Positions 59,133 to 64,000 of a stretch of 64,000 nt of DNA are shown in pieces. Every line of letters starts with the position of its first letter. The first letter of the stretch is position 1. This stretch comes from an uncultured Planctomycetales bacterium (GTDB lineage: Bacteria > Omnitrophota > Gorgyraeia > Zapsychrales > Zapsychraceae). Where the stretch lies: NCBI GenBank assembly GCA_964630825.1, contig CAZVZR010000005.1, positions 3,545-67,544 on the forward strand. Reading direction: 5' to 3'. The translations under genes and the position numbers were made by a program. Below the pieces are notes generated by a model. The model was not told the DNA's origin. It ran no database searches and worked only from the letters and a program-made list of their open reading frames with translations.

Positions 59133-62100
59133 ATGCAATCCAACGAGTACGTCCACTTACATGTTCACACGCAGTACAGCCTTCTCGATGGGGCCTGCCG
59201 CATTAAAGATTTAATCAAAAAAGCCGTTGAATGTAAAATGCCGGCCTTGGGGATGACCGACCATGGAAATCTTTTCGGCGCGATTAATTTTTACCAAACC
59301 GCCACTGCGATGGGAGTCAAGCCCATTATCGGTGTCGAGGCGTATGTGATGACGCACGGAAGCCGCTTGGAACGATCTCCACGTCAAAGAGGAGATGTTT
59401 CGCATTTGGTATTGTTTGCGCGCGATGAAGGCGGTTATAAAAATCTCATCAAATTGGTTTCCTCGGGTTACCTGGAAGGTTTTTATTATTCTCCCCGCAT
59501 GGACAAAGAAATTTTGGCCAAGTATTCCGAGGGGTTGTTGTGCACGTCGGCTTGCCTTAAAGGCGAGGTGGCCTGGCATTTATCGCAGAATAATTATAAT
59601 GCCGCCCTTAAAGCCGCGGATGATTTCGTCAAGATCTTCGGTAAAGGAAATTTTTATCTGGAACTCATGGACCATCGTCTTGATGAGCAGAAAAAGGTTA
59701 ATGAAGGGCTGTTAAAAATTGCCAAGGATTTGGATCTGCCGCTCGTTGTGACTAACGATGTGCACTACCTTGAACGCGATCAATCTACCGCTCACGAAGC
59801 ACTGTTGTGCATTCAAACGCAAACTCTCTTGAATGATCCCAACCGCATGCGTATGAAAACGGATCAATTTTTCTTTAAGGATCAGGCAATGATGTATCAG
59901 GAATTTGGCTGGGCGCCCCAAGCGTTAAGAAATACTTTGGAAATTGCTGAGAAGTGTAACCTTAAAATGGATTTCAGCAAGATTCATTTGCCTGAATTTC
60001 AACCACCGGCGGGGAAAACCAAAGAACAATATTTGCGTGATTTATGCCAGGAAGGCTTGCGGAAACGTTATGAGCGCCCGACCAAAGAGGTTTTAGACCG
60101 CTTGGAGCACGAACTGCGCGTGGTTGAGAAAATGGGTTATGTCGGATATTTTCTGATTGTCTCAGATTTTATTAATTTTGCCAGAAGCCAAGGCATTCCC
60201 GTCGGGCCAGGCCGAGGCTCAGCGGCGGGAAGCATCGTCAGTTATCTCTTGGGGATCACGGATTTGGATCCGCTCAAATACGGCCTTTTGTTTGAGCGTT
60301 TCTTAAACCCTGAGCGTACCGGTATGCCTGATATTGATATCGATTTTTGCTACGAGCGCAGAGGCGAGGTCATTGATTATGTCACAAAAAAATATGGTAA
60401 GGAAAATGTTGCCCAGATTATCACCTTCGGGACGATGCAGGCCAGGGCCGCCATCCGCGATGTGGGCCGGGTCATGGGGACCGCTTACGCCGACGTGGAT
60501 AAAATTGCCAAGTTAATTCCGGCGGAATTAGACATCACCATTGAAAAAGCTCTGGTTAAAGAGCCGCAGCTAAAGAAATTGTACGACGAGGACAAAACAG
60601 CAACCGACATTCTTGATACCGCTCAAGTGTTGGAAGGCCTGACCCGCCATGCCTCGACGCACGCCGCGGGCGTCGTCATTGCCGACAAACCTTTAAACGA
60701 ATATATTCCTTTATTTAAAACAAGCGATGACCAGATCACCACCGGTTACGATATGGACGGGATTGCCAAGATCGGCCTTTTGAAAATGGATTTTCTGGGT
60801 TTACGCACGCTGACGGTCATTAGCGAGGCCGTGAAATTAATCAACAAAATTCATGGGCTTAGTTTGGATATTAATACGATTTCTTTAGACGACCCTAAAA
60901 CATATTCTTTATTAAGCCACGCCAACACCTTCGGTGTGTTCCAGCTGGAAAGTGCCGGCATGCGTGACCTTTTGAAGAAAGTTAAACCCAGCGAATTTGA
61001 AGATATTATCTCAGTCTTGGCGCTTTATCGCCCGGGGCCGATGGGTAGCGGCATGTTGGATGATTTTACCAAACGCAAACGTGGCGAGGTCAAGATTGTC
61101 TATGACCACCCCAAACTTGAGCCGATCTTAAAAGCCACTTACGGGATTATTGTTTATCAGGAGCAGGTTATGCAGATTGCCGTCGCGTTAGCAGGATTTA
61201 CTTTCACACAGGCCGATCATCTCCGCCGAGGGATGGCGAAAAAAATTCCTTCGGTGATGGAAAAAATGCGCAAGGATTTTGTCGACGGCTGCGGCAAGTC
61301 AAGCCAGATTAAGGAGGATAAAGCCAATAAACTTTTTGACTTGATTGATTATTTCTCCGGTTACGGTTTCAATCGCAGCCATTCGGCGGCCTACGCGATA
61401 ATTTCGTATCAAACGGGGTATCTTAAAGCCAATTATCCGGTTGAATTTATGTGTGCTTTACTCACCAGTGAAAAAGATAATACCGATAAAGTTGTCGAGT
61501 ACATCAAAGAGTCCGAGGCGATGGGAATTAAAGTTTTGCCTCCGGATATTAATGAAAGTTATAGTACGTTTAGCGTTATTGATAATAAAACCATCCGTTA
61601 TGGCTTGTTGGCGGTTAAAAATGTCGGCGGCTTGGCAATTGAATCCATTGTTGAAAGCCGCAAGAGCGGTAAGTATGCGTCAATATTTGACCTTTGTGAA
61701 CGGATTGATCATCGTCTGGTGAATAAAAAAGTTTTTGAAAGTTTAATCAAGTGTGGCGCCATGGACAGTTTTGGGCTATTGCGCGCGCAATTAATGGCGG
61801 TCATGGAAAAGGCGCTTGCGTGGAGCATGAAGACACAAAAAGAGAAAACAGCGGGGCAGGTTTCCTTTTTTGAGATGGGTGAAGAAAAAGGTTTTAAGAA
61901 AGACGCTCCGGAAATTCCCGTCGTCAAAGAGTGGAGCACGCCGGAAATTCTTGCCAACGAAAAAGAAGTTTTGGGGTTTTATTTAAGCGGCCATCCACTG
62001 GCGCATTACCAGGTGGAAATCAAAGAATTTACGAGCTTTTCGACAAAAAAACTGGCCATGGCGGTTGATGAACAGGAAGTGCGGCTCGTTGGGCTTCTTA

Positions 62101-62567
62101 ATAATGTCAAGTTGACCAATACCAGAAAAAATAATGAGCGCATGGCGATCGTTCGCATTGAAGATATGGAAGGCGAGGTGGAGGGTGTTATTTTTCCAAA
62201 AGCGTACCAGAATTTAGCCGAATACCTTAAAGAAGGCGATGTTGTTTTTGTCAAAGCCAGGGTGAGTTTCCGGGATCAGGAACCAAAGTTGATTGTTAAT
62301 GACCTACGGCCCATTCGAGAAGTTTACGCATCGATTAAATCGATTAAGGTCGATTTAGGCAATGTCGATGAAGCCGGTTTGCAGGATTTAAAAAACAGGC
62401 TTTTGAGTTTTCCAGGTGATATTCCCGTCTATCTGCAACTTAATACCCAATCGCATAAAAGCGTTCAAATCCTTGTCGGGCAGGACATGTACGTCTCACC
62501 CAATGAGGAATTGATGAACGAAATCAAAGAACTAATCGGCAAGGAACATTTCTCTGTTACTCTTTAA
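59133..62567 (+). CDS. dnaE: DNA polymerase III alpha subunit
   Basis: 1144 aa with PHP domain (HLHVHTQYSLLDG), polymerase core and OB fold. Confidence 0.95.
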   Translation: MQSNEYVHLHVHTQYSLLDGACRIKDLIKKAVECKMPALGMTDHGNLFGAINFYQTATAMGVKPIIGVEAYVMTHGSRLERSPRQRGDVSHLVLFARDEGGYKNLIKLVSSGYLEGFYYSPRMDKEILAKYSEGLLCTSACLKGEVAWHLSQNNYNAALKAADDFVKIFGKGNFYLELMDHRLDEQKKVNEGLLKIAKDLDLPLVVTNDVHYLERDQSTAHEALLCIQTQTLLNDPNRMRMKTDQFFFKDQAMMYQEFGWAPQALRNTLEIAEKCNLKMDFSKIHLPEFQPPAGKTKEQYLRDLCQEGLRKRYERPTKEVLDRLEHELRVVEKMGYVGYFLIVSDFINFARSQGIPVGPGRGSAAGSIVSYLLGITDLDPLKYGLLFERFLNPERTGMPDIDIDFCYERRGEVIDYVTKKYGKENVAQIITFGTMQARAAIRDVGRVMGTAYADVDKIAKLIPAELDITIEKALVKEPQLKKLYDEDKTATDILDTAQVLEGLTRHASTHAAGVVIADKPLNEYIPLFKTSDDQITTGYDMDGIAKIGLLKMDFLGLRTLTVISEAVKLINKIHGLSLDINTISLDDPKTYSLLSHANTFGVFQLESAGMRDLLKKVKPSEFEDIISVLALYRPGPMGSGMLDDFTKRKRGEVKIVYDHPKLEPILKATYGIIVYQEQVMQIAVALAGFTFTQADHLRRGMAKKIPSVMEKMRKDFVDGCGKSSQIKEDKANKLFDLIDYFSGYGFNRSHSAAYAIISYQTGYLKANYPVEFMCALLTSEKDNTDKVVEYIKESEAMGIKVLPPDINESYSTFSVIDNKTIRYGLLAVKNVGGLAIESIVESRKSGKYASIFDLCERIDHRLVNKKVFESLIKCGAMDSFGLLRAQLMAVMEKALAWSMKTQKEKTAGQVSFFEMGEEKGFKKDAPEIPVVKEWSTPEILANEKEVLGFYLSGHPLAHYQVEIKEFTSFSTKKLAMAVDEQEVRLVGLLNNVKLTNTRKNNERMAIVRIEDMEGEVEGVIFPKAYQNLAEYLKEGDVVFVKARVSFRDQEPKLIVNDLRPIREVYASIKSIKVDLGNVDEAGLQDLKNRLLSFPGDIPVYLQLNTQSHKSVQILVGQDMYVSPNEELMNEIKELIGKEHFSVTL

Positions 62568-62580
62568 TTAGAGGAATATA

Positions 62581-63711
62581 ATGCAAATATCAGCGTTTAA
62601 AAAACTTAATATATCATGGGTATTTGTTGTTTTATCAATCGCCTTTAGATGTTCTTTCATTTATGCAGAACAAGGAGATGAAAATATGAAATCTGAAAAA
62701 GCCATTGTTGCGGGAGGGTGTTTTTGGTGCGTTGAGTCTGTTTATAAAGGCATTCCCGGCATTATTGATGCCGTTTCCGGTTATACCGGGGGTAAAGTTG
62801 ATAATCCAAGTTATGAAGCCGTCAGCAGCGGTTCAACCGGCCATACGGAAGCCGTGGAAGTTACCTTTGACCCGGCGAAGATTTCTTACGAAGAAGTCCT
62901 GAATGTTTTCTGGCGGGACATTGACCCGACGGATACTGGTGGGCAATTTGCTGACCGCGGTTCGCAGTATCACACCGCAATTTTTTACTTAAACGATGAA
63001 CAAAAGCGCATTGCGGAAAAATCTAAGGCCGATTTGCAAGCCAGCGGCCTTTTTAAAAAGCCGATTGTCACGCAAATTCTTCCGGCCGGAAAATTTTTCC
63101 GTGCCGAGGAGTATCATCAGGATTATTCCGATAAACAACCTCAGCATTACAAAATGTATCGTTACGGTTCAGGGCGGGAAGAATTTGTAAACGAAACGTG
63201 GAAGAATATTCCCAAGGTTTGTCCGTTACCGAGAAAGGCGGTTAAACCAATGACCAAAGAATTCACCAAGCCGGATGACAAGGTATTAAAAGAAAAATTA
63301 ACGCCGCTTCAATATAATGTCACACAAAAAGAAGGGACTGAGCCGCCTTTTAAAAATGAATATTGGAATAATCACCGCGAGGGGATTTATGTTGATGTCG
63401 TTTCCGGCGAGCCTTTATTTAGCTCAAAAGATAAATATGATTCCGGCACCGGCTGGCCAAGTTTTACTCGGCCGCTTGATGACGGTAACATTGTTGAGAA
63501 GACCGATAAGAATTTATTTATGGAGCGCACGGAAGTGAGAAGCAAGCATGGCGATTCTCATTTGGGGCATGTTTTTCCTGACGGGCCTGAGCCGACCGGG
63601 ACACGTTTTTGTATGAACTCTGCGTCGCTTCGGTTTATTCCGAAGGAAGATTTAGAGAAAGAAGGTTACGGCCAATATAAGGGGATTTTTGAAGATAAAA
63701 ATAAGCATTAA
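62581..63711 (+). CDS. msrAB: secreted bifunctional methionine sulfoxide reductase MsrA-MsrB
   Basis: Signal peptide, MsrA GCFWC motif, and MsrB zinc and catalytic Cys (CMNSASL). Confidence 0.9.
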   Translation: MQISAFKKLNISWVFVVLSIAFRCSFIYAEQGDENMKSEKAIVAGGCFWCVESVYKGIPGIIDAVSGYTGGKVDNPSYEAVSSGSTGHTEAVEVTFDPAKISYEEVLNVFWRDIDPTDTGGQFADRGSQYHTAIFYLNDEQKRIAEKSKADLQASGLFKKPIVTQILPAGKFFRAEEYHQDYSDKQPQHYKMYRYGSGREEFVNETWKNIPKVCPLPRKAVKPMTKEFTKPDDKVLKEKLTPLQYNVTQKEGTEPPFKNEYWNNHREGIYVDVVSGEPLFSSKDKYDSGTGWPSFTRPLDDGNIVEKTDKNLFMERTEVRSKHGDSHLGHVFPDGPEPTGTRFCMNSASLRFIPKEDLEKEGYGQYKGIFEDKNKH

Positions 63712-63910
63712 GGCCTTTTGAACCGTTGACATTATTACGGTGTTATGTTACACTTTTAACATCATGAATAAATTAACGAATCAAAAACATCATTCCTCTT
63801 GTACCCCTGTCATTGCGACAGGCGTTATGCTTTTTCCGGCATGGAGAAAGCGCGCAAGAGGCGGTGTGTCTTGATTCGTTAGTTAAATAAAAAATTTAAA
63901 GTCTTATCAA

Positions 63911-63950
63911 GCCACCGATTCTTAAAAAAGTCGGTGGCTTTTTTGTTTTT
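63911..63950 (+). terminator. rho-independent terminator
   Basis: GCCACCGA...TCGGTGGC stem followed by TTTTTTGTTTTTT. Confidence 0.75.
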
Positions 63951-64000
63951 TATACCGATATATCGGTATAAAAAACAACCCCCACGGCTTGATTTGATTT

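Noticed and set aside
59211-59921. Several ORFs of about 100 aa on both strands inside dnaE
   Set aside because: These are internal or antisense frames of a 1144-aa conserved gene.

Overview
The window is about 41% GC and every gene sits on the + strand except one two-gene module. Coordinates 1-17433 hold a complete str/S10/spc/alpha ribosomal super-operon: the 3' end of fusA, tuf, rpsJ-rplC-rplD-rplW-rplB-rpsS-rplV-rpsC-rplP-rpmC-rpsQ, rplN-rplX-rplE-rpsN(Zn-type)-rpsH-rplF-rplR-rpsE-rplO-secY-adk-map-infA-rpmJ-rpsM-rpsK-rpsD-rpoA-rplQ. There is no rpmD. Downstream are housekeeping genes: aminotransferase, pilT, an IDH/IPMDH-family dehydrogenase, lipB plus a standalone lipoyl domain, a GT28/LpxL-like/GT2 glycolipid cluster, pcm, a TonB-like protein, DUF1844, a Trm112-like protein, aroQ, pepP, efp, accBC, a PPi-type pfk, gmhA, hldC, thiE, tRNA-Gly(CCC), an M23/LysM peptidase, SPOR and SH3b proteins, an S2P protease, aroB, rluA, a mazG-like gene, uvrB, a pilin-like gene, coaX, groESL behind a CIRCE operator, an IMPDH-family gene, guaA, dnaE and secreted msrAB. 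LPS heptose genes, an LpxL-family acyltransferase, TonB and type IV pilus genes (pilT, pilin, PilZ) point to a diderm, probably uncultivated, low-GC lineage. I saw no integrase, transposase, CRISPR array or prophage. Several genes carry Lys/Ala/Pro-rich low-complexity extensions. The most system-like unexplained locus is a translationally coupled five-gene operon at 36971-41809, directly downstream of the tRNA-Gly. It encodes a P-loop Arch_ATPase/DUF234-like protein with a wHTH and an uncharacterised C-terminal domain, a YfcE-type metallophosphoesterase, a HIT hydrolase, a dGTP triphosphohydrolase and a GAF-HD-GYP protein. It may be a sensor ATPase with nucleotide-degrading effectors, acting in signalling or defence. 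Other second-look items are a PilZ / small basic protein / PilZ triad behind a strong promoter, a GspA(ExeA)-GspB-like pair on the opposite strand, a 549-aa orphan membrane protein, a split ThiE-associated ORF, and a promoter - nested stem-loop - terminator - 32-nt palindrome element at the 3' edge of the window.
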